64,000 nucleotides of DNA, taken from contig BCKZ01000015.1 in assembly GCA_001600815.1 (NCBI GenBank), positions 186,001 through 250,000 of the forward strand, given 5' to 3'. The notes below the pieces were generated by a model, which saw only the letters and a program-made list of their open reading frames with translations, ran no database searches and was not told the DNA's origin. The DNA is from Alloascoidea hylecoeti. Its lineage: Eukaryota. The first letter of the stretch is position 1, and every line of letters starts with the position of its first letter. This document shows positions 10,862-24,000 of this stretch, in pieces. The position numbers and the translations under genes are program-made.

Positions 10862-13120
10862 ATGGAAGTGGCTATGGCATCAGAAGAAAGAAAACGATTT
10901 ATCACTGGTGATAATGAGAATGATGTAGGGAGATCTGTTAAAAAGGCAAGAGTTCCTTTGGATGAATTAAGCGATGAAGGACCTTTAACACAGGAAGATG
11001 TTATCGTAAGTAATAAATGATTAAGATTATAAATTTCTGTTTGAAATTATTATTGAATATATAATTATTTCTTTCATATTATGTTATTTTTTTATTTGTT
11101 TACTAATTTTTATTTTGATAATTAGTACTTTCAAAAAGAGGCTATATTCCGTCAAATGAAACAATATCGTCATGAAAAAGAACTTAATGATTCAAAACTT
11201 TCTAAACTTAAAACAAAGTTGAATTCAACAATTATAAGTTTTAATTTGTTAGATGAATGGTGGTCTAACGTTACGTCAAAATTAGCTCTTGCGTTGGAAG
11301 ATCATTATAATAAAGATGGGGATAGAATCAAACTTGATGATATTATTAATGTAAATATATCAGATTCTAATTTGGAGGAGAAATTAGAATCAAGAAAAGA
11401 AAAATATCTTTCTATATTTGGACCATTATTCTCACATATTTCAACAAATTTAAAAACATCAAATCCAGATGAAATTTTTTCAAAAATAAATAAAACAACA
11501 AATGAAATATCTGAATTAAAAATTGAAAATAAAACATTAAAATCAAAAAATGATAATTTAAATAATGATATTGAAATATTAAATCAAAAATTAAAAGATC
11601 TAATTAGAAGACAAGAAAGAGATAAATCAAAAACTTTACAAAGAATTAAAGAAGATTCAATGATAAATGGTAAATCAGATAATGAATTAACATCTGAAAA
11701 TAATAAATCACATTCTGAAACAAATAATAAATCATCGTCAAATTTAACAAATGAAGAAAAAGATGAATTAGAAAAAGAATTAAATCAACTACGTGGAACT
11801 AATAAGACTCAGAAACAACAATTAATGGAACAAGATGATATAGTAGCTCAATTGCGTAAGGATATGACAGAACTTTCCGTTAAAATTCGAAATCCTTCTA
11901 ATATAGATATGGAATCAACATCATTATTTAAGAACTTACAGTATAATCTAACGCTAGCAAATAGAGAAATTGATGATTTGAAAAACTTACGAGATTCATT
12001 AATGACAGAAAATGGGAATTTTGAGAGTCAAAGAGAAAGTTTTAAAACAGAATTAGATAAACAATTGAGAGCACAAAAGGAAGATTTAACAAAACAATTA
12101 GAAAGATCTGAAAATGATTTAAGTCGAATACGTAGTGCAAGAGATGAATTATTGGCTCAAATTAGTGTTTTAAAATCAACAAGTGACTCAAGAGTTAAAA
12201 GCTTCGAGGAGCTAAAAGCATTAAACCAAATATTAAACGATAAACTTTCTAGTATGGAAGAATTGAGGATAACACCTAGAAATAATAATAATGAAGGTGA
12301 GACCGAAACTCCATTGGATAGTTTAAGTTTAGAACAACTCAAAGAAAAAGTAGGAGGCTTAGAGCGACGTAACGAATCATTAGCAAAAGAGATTCCAGTT
12401 CTTGAAGAAGCTTTTAAACGAGCTAACCTCCAAGCACAACGCAAAATAGATGGAATAGTAGATAAAGAGGCTTATATTGTGAAATTGCAAACGGAAAAAA
12501 GTAAAGCCGATCAAAAATATTTTGCAGCGATGAGGTCTAAAGATGCTTTAACGAATGAAAATAAAGTATTAAAACAGCAGATTTCAAAAGGCGGCGAACT
12601 AATCCAGCAATTGAAGGAGAGTGAGAAATTAAAAAGTGATAAAGTAGCGATCCTTGAAGCGCAGATTTCAGAAATGAAGAGGGCACATATGGTTTATCAA
12701 AAAGAAGTACAAGATTCCCAAAGAAAACTTGTGGAACAACGTAACAATTTGAATGGAGTTACCAAAACCATTGAGATGTATCAAAATGAGATCAAGAAGC
12801 AGGAAGAACTATACAAAAATGAAGCAAGGTCACGACGAGAACAACAGGTTGAAATCGTGAAACTGGAGAAACAAGTAGATATCAAAAATATGACATCTTC
12901 GAAAAGAAATGGGTCAATTGATGGGGAACAATTGGATGCACTACGAGCAATAGCGCTGTGTTCAGTGTGTGGCAAAAACTGGAAAGACACAGCCTTGAAG
13001 GTGTGTGGACACGCTTTTTGTCTTGATTGTGCACAAGAGAGACTTACGAGCCGGCTCCGAAGATGCCCTGTGTGCAACTCGCAGTACTCGCAGAGCGATC
13101 TTCTGGCCATCCATTTATGA
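10862..13120 (+). CDS. BRE1: E3 ubiquitin ligase Bre1 (H2B monoubiquitination); exons 10862-11005, 11126-13120
   Basis: Intron 11006-11125 (GTAAGT..TACTAAT..TAG) gives PLTQEDVI-YFQKEAIFRQM, the conserved Bre1 N-terminus. Coiled coil, EKSKADQKYFAAMRSKD, and C-terminal C3HC4 RING. An alternative ATG is at 10874. Confidence 0.92.
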
Positions 13121-13729
13121 TGTAGAATAGATGAATAATAAATGTTTAACAACAACTTTTAAATTTAAATTTGCAAATTTTCAATTGCCCAAAGTTTTGT
13201 AAAGGCTCAGGCAAACAAAATTTTCACTCTGTTAGTATTTTCGGTTACCTCGGCAATTGCGTGTTAACAAGGACGCCTCTGACTCACTTCTTGCCCAAGT
13301 GGCCAATCAGAAGCGGCCACTCCACGATACTGGACGGCAAAATACGCGTGGCTGGCGTGACACAGGGGTAGATTAGAGCACGCCAATAGGTCATTGTGGT
13401 TTTTGGGAGCTATTCTCTTTCCTAAAGTCAGCAATCAGCAATGTTCTACAATTTTCGTTTCCTTCTCCAGAACCCCTAGTCGTCGAAAGCAAGCCCATGG
13501 TCTCCCAGGAATAGTCGGTGCCATCCACGAATAGAACCCCACAACCCAGCGGAAACCCCCAGCAGACCCTCAGTGGCATGGCGGTGGCGAGGAGGTGCAA
13601 GGCATGGGTATGTGGATTTGTGCGTAACTGTCAGCACGGTTGCCAGAAGCAGAGTACTTAAATCCCACCAACCGCCAGCTTTTCTTTTTCAAATTTCTTC
13701 CAGTTCTTACATTTTACCTCCTTCCACCC

Positions 13730-15916
13730 ATGAACGACTTCTTGCCGGGTAACCCGAAATTGGACCTGTCCACCCCTGTCCACACTCCTTCAACGGGAAA
13801 CGACAGTCAGGATCCGTTCACAAAAGATGAGGACCGTCGTGAAGTTGGCCTGGTTACTCTCAAGAACCAGCAGTCGATTGGAGAGACCCCCATCTCACCC
13901 CCAATCCCTTCTCCAAGAGCTTCAGATCCAGTCTCTGCACACGAGCTTTCTTCCCAGGATACTTCGGTCATTAATGCCCCTGTAGATGTCTTAAAACACG
14001 AAAGGGATTACGAAATCCACGAAGATGAATCGAAAAGAATGAAGCTAGATACCGATATTCTTGCTGATAATTTTTCCAGCTTGACTGACGATCCCGTTGT
14101 TGGTCTAGTTAGTAAGTCCCCTATCACTCAATTACAACCTTTTTCTTTCCCAAAACCTCAACCCCAGCCTCAACCCCAATCCCAATCCCAACCTCAACCT
14201 CAACCTCATCAAATGAAATCTCAACCAGCATACCAGTCGCATTCGAATTCTTTGATTCAATCAAGACCCCATTCATTATCATCTGTTTCTTCAATCAATG
14301 GGCCTTTGCCTAAACACCAACAACGTCATCTTCTGGCGTCTATCAGGTCTGTTAAACGCTTGAAAGATGCAGGCCCATTCATAATTCCTGTTGATGTCAC
14401 CCAGTATCCAAATTATCCAAATTTTGTTAAGCAGCCAATGGATTTAACTACGATTGAACAAAAGTTGCGTGATGATCGTTACAATTCAATAGAACAAATA
14501 GTTGCCGATTTTGAACTCATTGTTTCTAACTGCACTGCTTTTAATGGTTCCGCAGCTATCATTTCTCACATGGCAAGAAATATTCAAACTTCATTCCTTA
14601 GACATTTACAAAGTTTACCTCCATATGATGCTGTGCCACAGATATCTAAGAAGTCACGCAAATCAACTCCTTCCAAACCATCTTTTAAATCTCGGAAGCC
14701 TAGTGGAGCAAGTCATAATCGTAGTAATTCTCAGTCGTTTGCTTTACAACCTTCTGGTATTCCTACAATAAGGCGGGAATCTGCTAATGATTCAAGGCCT
14801 AAGCGAGAAATTCATCCCCCGAAGCCCAAGGATATTCCTTATACTGATATGAAACCACGAAGAAAGAAGTTTGCAGCAGAACTTAAATTTTGTGGTCTTA
14901 TGCTACGTGAATTACAAAATAAGAGACATGAAACTTATTCTTTCCCTTTTATTCAACCCGTTGATCCTGTTGCATTAGATTGTCCCACTTATTTTAAAGT
15001 TATCAAAGAACCAATGGATTTATCGACAATTGCAGGCAAATATCATTCAAACCAATATGAAAATGCTAAAGAATTTGAGGATGACATAAGACTCATGTTT
15101 AGAAACTGTTATAAATTTAATCCAGAGGGAACACCTGTTAATATGATGGGTCATAGATTAGAAGCTGTTTTTGACAAGAAATGGGTTGAGAAACCATTAC
15201 CTGCACTAAGCCCACCTCCAATTTTAGAAGATTCAGGTTCTGATGATGATTTTGATGGTTCTGATTTAGATTTTGATGAAACAACAGTTACAAATCCAGC
15301 AATTCAATTTCTAGAACGGCAGCTGGAGAGGATGAGAATGGATCTAATTAAGATGAAGAAGGAACAATTTGAGTTAATGAAAAAACAACGAATGAAGAAG
15401 AGAAAAGCTGCCAAACAAAATGATCGAAGAAAATCATCAATCTCTGCCATTGGAAAGCATAAGACCAATAAATCAGTTGCTCCAATTCATGTCACATATG
15501 AAATGAAGAAAGAATTGTCAGATAAAATTAGTGTCTTACCTGAAAAGAAATTAATGCATGTGGTCGATATAATTAACGAAAGCATGCCAGATTTAAAAAG
15601 CAATGGAGATGATGAGATTGAACTGGATATTGATCAATTAGATCCCTCAACTGTTCTCAGATTGTATCAATATGTTGTTCGAAAGATCGATAGAGCTCCA
15701 CAGCAAACTTCTCCGCAACATAATCCTAAGCCCAGAAACAAAAAGAAGGCAAAGCCATTATCTGAAGCTGAACAGAATAGTAAAATAGAACAAATACAGA
15801 AGCAGATAAAAGCGTTTGATAGAGTGCGCAATGGGGGTGAAGCAGATATTAATTCAAGTGATGATTCAAGCGATGATGGTGAATTAAGTGATGAATCAAG
15901 TTCAGAAGAAGAATAG
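13730..15916 (+). CDS. BDF1: BET-family double-bromodomain + ET-domain protein Bdf1
   Basis: Two bromodomains (PMDLTTIEQKL..NC..FNG and FIQPVDP..PMDLSTI..NCYKFN) plus ET domain (VTYEMKKELS..EIELDIDQL). First ATG is at 13730. Confidence 0.92.
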   Translation: MNDFLPGNPKLDLSTPVHTPSTGNDSQDPFTKDEDRREVGLVTLKNQQSIGETPISPPIPSPRASDPVSAHELSSQDTSVINAPVDVLKHERDYEIHEDESKRMKLDTDILADNFSSLTDDPVVGLVSKSPITQLQPFSFPKPQPQPQPQSQSQPQPQPHQMKSQPAYQSHSNSLIQSRPHSLSSVSSINGPLPKHQQRHLLASIRSVKRLKDAGPFIIPVDVTQYPNYPNFVKQPMDLTTIEQKLRDDRYNSIEQIVADFELIVSNCTAFNGSAAIISHMARNIQTSFLRHLQSLPPYDAVPQISKKSRKSTPSKPSFKSRKPSGASHNRSNSQSFALQPSGIPTIRRESANDSRPKREIHPPKPKDIPYTDMKPRRKKFAAELKFCGLMLRELQNKRHETYSFPFIQPVDPVALDCPTYFKVIKEPMDLSTIAGKYHSNQYENAKEFEDDIRLMFRNCYKFNPEGTPVNMMGHRLEAVFDKKWVEKPLPALSPPPILEDSGSDDDFDGSDLDFDETTVTNPAIQFLERQLERMRMDLIKMKKEQFELMKKQRMKKRKAAKQNDRRKSSISAIGKHKTNKSVAPIHVTYEMKKELSDKISVLPEKKLMHVVDIINESMPDLKSNGDDEIELDIDQLDPSTVLRLYQYVVRKIDRAPQQTSPQHNPKPRNKKKAKPLSEAEQNSKIEQIQKQIKAFDRVRNGGEADINSSDDSSDDGELSDESSSEEE

Positions 15917-17199
15917 ATAAATCGATCAATCAAAAGAAAAGAAATAATTAATAAAATAATGAAGATATATATGATGTATATGATTTCACACATGAAACTT
16001 GAATTGGTTTTGATATATTTATTTTACCATCTTATTGTTTTGTGTTTTTAGTTTTTTGGTTTGTGTGCTTTTTTGACTTTTTTCCTCATTTTTTTATTAT
16101 TCTTTTTTTCTATGCATCGCTTGTACCTACTAGTAATCGTATATGTAATATATTTTTATAGGCTAGTTAAGGGTTTTACCAGCTAAAATAATGCATTATA
16201 ATCATATATGGTTAGGCTTAATTCCATTCATAGTTGGCAATAATTAATTAGAATTTCTTAAACATAGGACCTATTGTAGCATATTCAAGTTTATGAATCA
16301 TATGAAACTTAATTGTTTAGATACAAACATATTTATCAACTTATATTGATATCATTTTGGTGATGATATTTTATTTTAGAGGGAGCTGGTGATATCACAT
16401 TAGTTCGGACTTGTAAGATTGATTTGTCCCATCATCAATACATTGTTTATATCAATAGTGATTATTCTGGGATGTGAAGAGTCGTAAGAGTGGTAATCCT
16501 TATTTATGGAAAATTGTGTTAATATATTAGAGGTCCAGTGAGAAATAGATCTACTTCGAAATAGAAGAGATTGAGTCGAAGTATTAGTGAATGATATAAC
16601 TTATATGCTCTTGATTCCGGAGTAGAAGCTTATGATTATGACGGCATGGAGAAGATAATATTATCACAGATACTTATCGGAAGTTGATTAGAAATTCAAA
16701 GGTGGAGGCTAGAAAGGGTTTGTAGTGCGTCACAGCAGTTGTGATGGGGCTATAATTATAATAAGCTCCTCTCACCTTCTCGCATGTTTTTTCGTATTAG
16801 GTTGATAAAAAAACGTCCATTTTGGCATGTTGTATTTAATGGAGTCGATGATCCAGAAGATCCAAAAGAAGCAGCATTTGTGGAATATTTATTATCAGAT
16901 CCCGTTGGTTCTAACATCTTTAAAGCTGTAATTGATTTTGAAGAAGTAAAATATATTAATCGACTTTATCATTTGTATATGGCTTCTAGAATAGAGAAAT
17001 TGGCTTAAAGTGAAGTAGGAAGTTATGCGTAAAACATTTATAATCTTTATTTTAGAATATCTTATCTATCGAACCTTTCATATATTTCGACCATTCGAAA
17101 TATAACTGACTCGTCTGATTTCAGAGGAAAAGTAGTATCGGGTTCATTTGATCGGATCAGGTCATACCCCCCTACGATAAAACTGGATTTGTAGTGATG

Positions 17200-17705
17200 A
17201 TGTAAAGTCAAAGTTATCTTCGAGAGATCGTAGGGGTCTCATAACAGAATCACACAAAAATGACCGAAAAAATGGCATAATATTCGTCTGTTGTGGAGAA
17301 GTTTCATGGAAGGACTATTTCAGATGTCAATATCAGAAAAGTATCTTACCGGTAGCAATATCTTCCATTGAAGCTTTTGAAGGCCATTTTTTTCTATGAG
17401 AAAATACTCCAATTTATAAATCAAAAAATAGAGGTGGAACACCAACTGAAACAACTACTTTGGTTTGTGAGCTCTCGAGACCTAAATCCCATTGAAAAAC
17501 ATGTGCCACATGCTCAAAATTGAAGTAGTAAAGCAGCACCTAAAATTGGCTACAATTGAAGGTGGTAATCAAGAATATCAAGAATCACATTCTAGAAATA
17601 TTACTAGAGTTATGGGGTAGTCTAGATCAATCCTATTTTGATATGCTGATCGCATGACGACTAAACCGAGTTTCAGAAGCAAAATGAGGGCATATAAACT
17701 ACTAA
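17200..17705 (+). mobile_element. Degenerate Tc1-like (IS630-Tc1-mariner) transposase remnant
   Basis: KLSSRDRRGL (about 17211-17240); FFL*ENTPIYKSK (17388-17426, cf. FQQDNAPIH); WFVSSRDLNPIE[+1]NMCHMLK (17461-17518, cf. WPxxSPDLNPIENxWxxLK); C-terminal EAK*GHINY* (cf. AKGGxTKY*), stop at 17703-17705. No TIRs identified. Confidence 0.8.
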
Positions 17706-18682
17706 AATCGTTTCCAGTAATATTCAGATAGGTTAGAAAACGTTTTATATATTTTATTTAGTAATATTTCATTTAGAAGTGATCTTTTGATCAAGTTCTA
17801 TGAAAAAAAATATACATTTTTTGGCGGTAGGCCTACATATCAAAAAAGTTTAATAGCATGTTTAAATCGCGGTTATCAGTCTTGAAATGGCGGTTCTGGG
17901 TGTATTTCCTTTTTGGTGCCTCAATTCAATTAAGAGTGAAGGAATTATCGGGAGGAGGAAGGGATTGAAAAAAAAACAGATTAAGTATTGGCCACGAAGA
18001 TAAAGTTTTCTACGAACTTTCTGTTAGGCCTTTGGAAAGTTTGGAGTAGCAAAGACGGTATTATCACTATCTTGCGGGATAAACAAAATCCTGCGTTGGC
18101 GTTAAAATGGAGTATAGTCGTCAAGTTGACATCCAATGGGTTTCTTCAAAGGATCACAAAAGCAGTTCCTCGAGTTCTTGTCGGAAAGTTTACTATTTGG
18201 ATCATAGGATTGAAGATGCCCAGTCCTCAACTGTGTCAGCATACCGATTGTCTTTCGTTTCTCTCCTTGTAATGATGTGAAATCTACTAGCTATGTTATT
18301 GTCAAGCAAAGTTTGCCATTGTGTCATAATTTTATCCAATATTAATTTCAAATCTTGGATTTTGAGTTCAGTGGAGTTTAGCCCCCCGTATTGTGAGGAG
18401 TGGATAGTGAGATATAGTTTCGTTCAATAATATTTCAGATGGACCAATAGGATTATTTTCCTCAAAGCTCATGTATTAACGCAAGAATCTAATGTCACTT
18501 TTGTCCAATCGTAGATTCATTGCTATTTCAGGTTGGAACTTTCATCGACTTGAAATAACGGCACCTAACATAATAATTAACCTTATATATAAAATATACA
18601 TATTACAGAATTATCTATTAATATTGGTGTCCACGCATATCTAATTTTTTTTCTTTCTTCAAATTTCATTCACGGATCTATA

Positions 18683-19516
18683 ATGGAACCATCCTTGGAA
18701 TCATTGGAGAATTCTATCGGTGCTGACTGGGATTATCGTGAACCCGAAGATGGTCGGAACAGTGCTTATTTTATTTCAATGAGAGATACTGATATGGAGC
18801 TTGGACCGAACAGTCCTACATGTGCAGTTTTTCAGCAGAATCCCTCCCCACAAATGTCGGAAAGTTCTTCCAGAAAAAATAATCTAAATGTAATAGATGA
18901 TATTTCAGTTTATAAAAGACATTCAAGATCTGAAAGTGCAACATTTAAAATCCAATTTAAAGACTTTTCAATTGGCACTCCAAGAAAATTTAAGAAAAAG
19001 GATAAATCTGGATTTTACAAATATACATCTCGTCCTAGTTTTCCTGAAAGAACAAAAAGTTCCATATCTTTAAGTGAAATTGCTCGCTTAAATCCGGATT
19101 ATTTATCTCTTCCCCCACAAGAATGGGTTTTTGTTGATTCATCTTCATCAATAAATAAGCATCATAGCACTGCTACACTGGTTCCGTCAAGGATTGCAAT
19201 TTCGTCAAGATCCACTCACCACGCAAAGTTAAAACGATATTCGACAGAAATGCTTTCTTTAAACTCAAATACATATTCAAAAGATTTTAAAAGCTCTATT
19301 AAAAGATTATCACGTTCTCGGTCATCGAATTTCTCCAATTATCCCAAATTGCGAATGGTGGTGTCAGATGAAGGACAGGCAATCATTCAAAGATGTACAA
19401 GCACATATGATCATACATTTAACTTGCAGAATAGAGAATTTGAGGAATTTCAAGGTTTCAGAGATTTATCAATAGCAAGAAATGAATCACTTTTTCCTTT
19501 TTCTTCATCTTTATTC

Positions 19517-19594
<78 letters not shown>

Positions 19595-20011
19595 GTGACA
19601 GCAATTGACTCTTCTTTACCATCACCACGAGGTTATAATTGTGATTTTACCAATATTGATCGAGATGATGAGACAAGAATCATAAATGAATCACAACATG
19701 CAATAATTCCAGAACGTGAAATTGCAATATCATCATTAAAAAGTAGTCCAAATAATCATATTTCATCCCTGACAATTCCTTTAATCGGATATGAACCACG
19801 GGTGGTTCAGGATAACATCGAATCTTCTTATAATATGATTCAATCAAATCCTTCCCCTACTGGTACAAATAATTTTCTTTCAACGGAAACTAAACAAGGT
19901 ACCACAATAATTTCAGAATTGAAACCGTTAGTTGATTATAATGATAACGTTGCTAATGTTGATAATGTCGATTCTTTTGATTTTGATTCTTTTGATTATG
20001 GCGCATGGTGA
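18683..20011 (+). CDS. Hypothetical Ser-rich, probably disordered protein (442 aa)
   Basis: Long ATG-initiated ORF with an upstream TATATAAAA; no recognisable domain. Confidence 0.65.
19517..19594 (+). repeat. Perfect (TCA)26 microsatellite encoding poly-Ser
   Basis: 78 nt of uninterrupted TCA, in frame within the 18683-20011 ORF. Confidence 0.95.
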
Positions 20012-21053
20012 TTTTATTGTATTGATCGCGTTGATCGCGTTAATTGTGTTTATTGTGTTTATTGTGTTGATCAAGACAGTCAGGATAACTGTTATGAACT
20101 TATGATAATTCAGTGAGTGATATTTTTTCTCAATGAATAATAATTGCCAGGTGCATTATTGATTTTGTTATTTTAGGGTTAGTGTATATAATAATGTATA
20201 TCTTTGGTTAGGTAGAGCTACTTAATTATGGTAAATCCATATCTGACATGTAGATTTTAATTTATAAATTTTATATGCATATGCATATGCAAATCGCGGC
20301 TGCTGTTTGTTGTAAGTTGTAAGCTTCCCCCGTCTAACCAATTACAAATTTTAAAGTTTTCCCTGACAATAATATAAATAACCAATTAGAATTGAAATAT
20401 CAGAACGACTACAATTAAATGAATTTGAACTGTTATTTAACACTAAAACTCACAGTTACAAAAATAGAACTCTCTTATAATAATATAAAGCTGCTATGCA
20501 TATGCATATACATAGGCTATACGAAAATATTACGGATCCCCAGCTACAGATAATAAATACAGAAGCTGATGCTATGGGCCTATTATATATATAATTAAAA
20601 TTCAGGAATAATCAGAGAAATGATGTAATTATACCGGCACAATATTAATAGCAAACTACCGAAATTTTTGTCGCCAGTCCGCTTGAACATTGTTTAGAAA
20701 TCCTTCGATAAGATTTTGGGACTTTAATGATAATTAATACTTAAAATGACGAAATATTGACAGCGATAATTGGTCTTCGCAGTGACGAAAGTGGTTAATT
20801 TTATATAAATATAAAAAAACTTATATATCTTAATGATGAATTTACTATGATAAACAGCAGCATGATAAGTTTCGCTAACAAAAAATAAAATGCAAAATAT
20901 AATATAGCATCTAATATAATAATAATGGGGGAAATCCAATTAATTGTAAATGAATCAATAATTAATCACTATGTAGCAATCAGCGAAGATAGTATTTCTC
21001 CCTTGGTTTTCCAACTTCCACTTCCTATGCCGTTTTCAGTTACGGAAAAGTCT

Positions 21054-24000
21054 TTAATTGCGGTTCAAGTTAAATGGTAAAGTACCATTTTCTAAGCGGG
21101 AATCAAAAAATGAAACTGCTGATTTTCTAGCTCTTTTAGGTTGCCGACTAGTTGGGTTGGTAGATGTAATTGCTACCATATCATCATCGTCATCTGATAA
21201 TGTATGAATTTGGGGGATTTTCTTTTTATTTGAACTCTTTCTATCTCTTTCTGAAGAATATGAACGGGTGTACATTTTTTCAAGAGGAATTATATTGGAT
21301 GTTCGAGATATAGGACGTTTTAAACGTGATTGAAGATTAACGTGGTCTTTAGAATTCGATTTTCTTGTAGATTTTTGTTCGGGACCTACAGATGATGGCC
21401 AGGATGATGTAGAATTAGAATTTATCCGCGAATTCAAATTTAAATGCGGCTTCTGTGGCATAGGAGAACTATAACTCATACCATTTTTAATGAATTGAAT
21501 TTCATCATCATCATCTTCGGCACCGTCATCATCTTCATTTTCATCTTCAGTATTTAGGGCATCTTTCCTTTCATAATCATATTCAGGCTGCACTCGTGGC
21601 TTTTCTATTCTGTTTAGAGATCCTCTATACGATATTTGTCTTGATATAGAATCGTTTAATGAATTTCTGTGTTGCGGCGATAAAGAACTTGTCTGATAAT
21701 TTTCTTTATCAGGTTTTCGTGAAGTCGTCAGGACTTCCGAACTTGAATCACTATCACTATCACTGATAGTTTGACTATCCTTCTCGACTTTCTGTAATTT
21801 ATTTTTATTAATTGTATGCCGTTTTTCATAACCATTTTCAACCTCAACGACGTCAGCTCCAGAATCAGTATCAGAATCAGTGATATTCAATCCAAACCTG
21901 ATTTGAGATGGGGATTCAAGTTGTTGTTTTTCTTCAGACAATTTCCCGTATTCAAATAAAATATCCTTATCATCTGAAAAATCGAAAGTTGAAGGTTCTG
22001 GATTTTTATCTCTGCTTGTGCTCACTTGTGGATTTTCGTTTCTACTATCAAGTGAAATAGGATTTTTATGTTTGTACTGTTTTAGTATCCTTGGTCGAGT
22101 AGATGGACCTGTAGTGTTCTCAATACCACTCATATCGGAATTGTTTTTATTTGGAGATGAGTGTCTTTTTGATATTGTTTCCTTACTATCTTTGAGATTA
22201 TAGTTTCTATCCCGATCGTGGGAATTTTCATCTCTTGAAAAAATATCTAAGGATCTCGATTTAATGATAGAAATTGTATCCGAAGGTTTTGACTTAAAGT
22301 AAGAGGAACGTATATCCTTTTCATCATATTCCAAAATCTGTTCATTATCCTTTTCATTTTTTTGTAATTGAGGATTTTTATACATATCTAAATCTCTTCC
22401 CCCTATATGGAAATCGTCAGTTGAGCTTCCTTTGGTTAACTTGGTTTTTAGCTGTGTTAGCGTAGGTTGCTGCATTTTTTCCTTTTCTTGAAATTCATCT
22501 TCTTTAATTGAATCATCTACCGTTTCTTCTGGCTGTATAATTTCAAGATCAGGTTCGTCGTCAACACTATCATTGGAATCAATTCCTTTGTCAGTTATTG
22601 TTGGTGCTCGAATCGTTGCGTTTGGATCTTTATATAATTCTAACAATGACCGTTGTAGAACTTCCCTCTTAGAAACTGGTGGCTCGAAAAGTATATTTAA
22701 TTTTTCCGAAATATCTTCACGATGATCAGATTCTGCCCATAATTTAGCTATTCTTTCCGGGTTCTTAAGAAAAGATTCAACAAAATGAATTAAATAAACA
22801 CCACAATCACAAAAATTTGGTTGTGTTGGAACGCTACAGAGCTTATATTTAATATCTCGTTTTTCAACATGTAAACCTCTTTTATCAAGTGCCTCTTTTG
22901 TAATATACGATCTGAGATTCTTTGCAACACCACCACGGCGAGTATTAAGAGAATCTAAAATGAAAATAACAGGTTCCTTTTCAGGATTAATTGGAGCAAT
23001 ATAATTATCAAGCGATGCACCAGCGTTTGAACTATCAACTTTAATGGGAGTTTCTTTTGTACCATCTTTGTCTTCATTGGATTCATTTTTATCATCTGAA
23101 TCGTGATCTAGTTTCCGCTCTAGAGCCGGTAAATTATAGATGATAGAAACAAACCAATGTGAATTTAAATGTATGGGTATGATAACATTTTTCATTTTAA
23201 ATAAATCGATTTTTGAAGTCCACCTTTTAACATTTTCATAATATTGTTGAAATTTTGCATTAGCAACAGAAGACTTTTCATTATATGTAGTGTTAGTGTT
23301 AAGGTCCCCTTGAGTTAGCTTCTCATAGAAAAAAGTATTAAAAATATATGTTGAATCACCAATTCTTGAGTCTCGTGTTTTTGCTTCATCTAAAATCCTC
23401 TTTAGGAAAAAATTTATTACGGTATCGTTTAAAAATTGATCTTTATTAAGTGTATTGAAATCAGAAATTGAAATCGGCATTTGTTTTGAATCTTTGAAAG
23501 TATAAATAACTGTTGGACCAAATTTGGGTGTTTGCTTCTTAGTTGGCTCTGACTGTTGTTTCAATGACTCCGGTCTTGGCATTATTAGTCGGTTAATCAG
23601 ATCCTTTTTCGAGGAAATTTTGATATCAGATAAACTTGAAGATGTTGTTGATTCTGATCCCAGAGATTGTCTCGTTTTTGATTTATAAACACGACGTAAT
23701 TCTGGAACAGCTACAGGATCTGGAGTAAAAGAAGTTTTTGACTTGGTTCTTGGGATTGGGATTGGAATAGATTCATTTTGTCGCTTTACCACGCTGTTGC
23801 GTTGCACTCTATCATCATGAGAGATATTTTCCCGTTCCTTGTATGAACTGTAAGAATTAGATGAAGTATCTAGCACTGGTATTGTTGATTTTGAAGAAGA
23901 AGTAAGATGTGGAATTTTATGTTGCTTCATTTCATCGTGCGGTATTGAAGCTATTAATTGTAGCATTTCTTGTCTATTTGTCTTATGCGTATTACCTTTC

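Noticed and set aside
9900..11800. Extremely AT-rich coding stretches in CSL4 and BRE1 as foreign DNA
   Set aside because: Both are intact conserved housekeeping genes; Lys/Asn/Ile/Glu-rich segments and local base-composition drift suffice.
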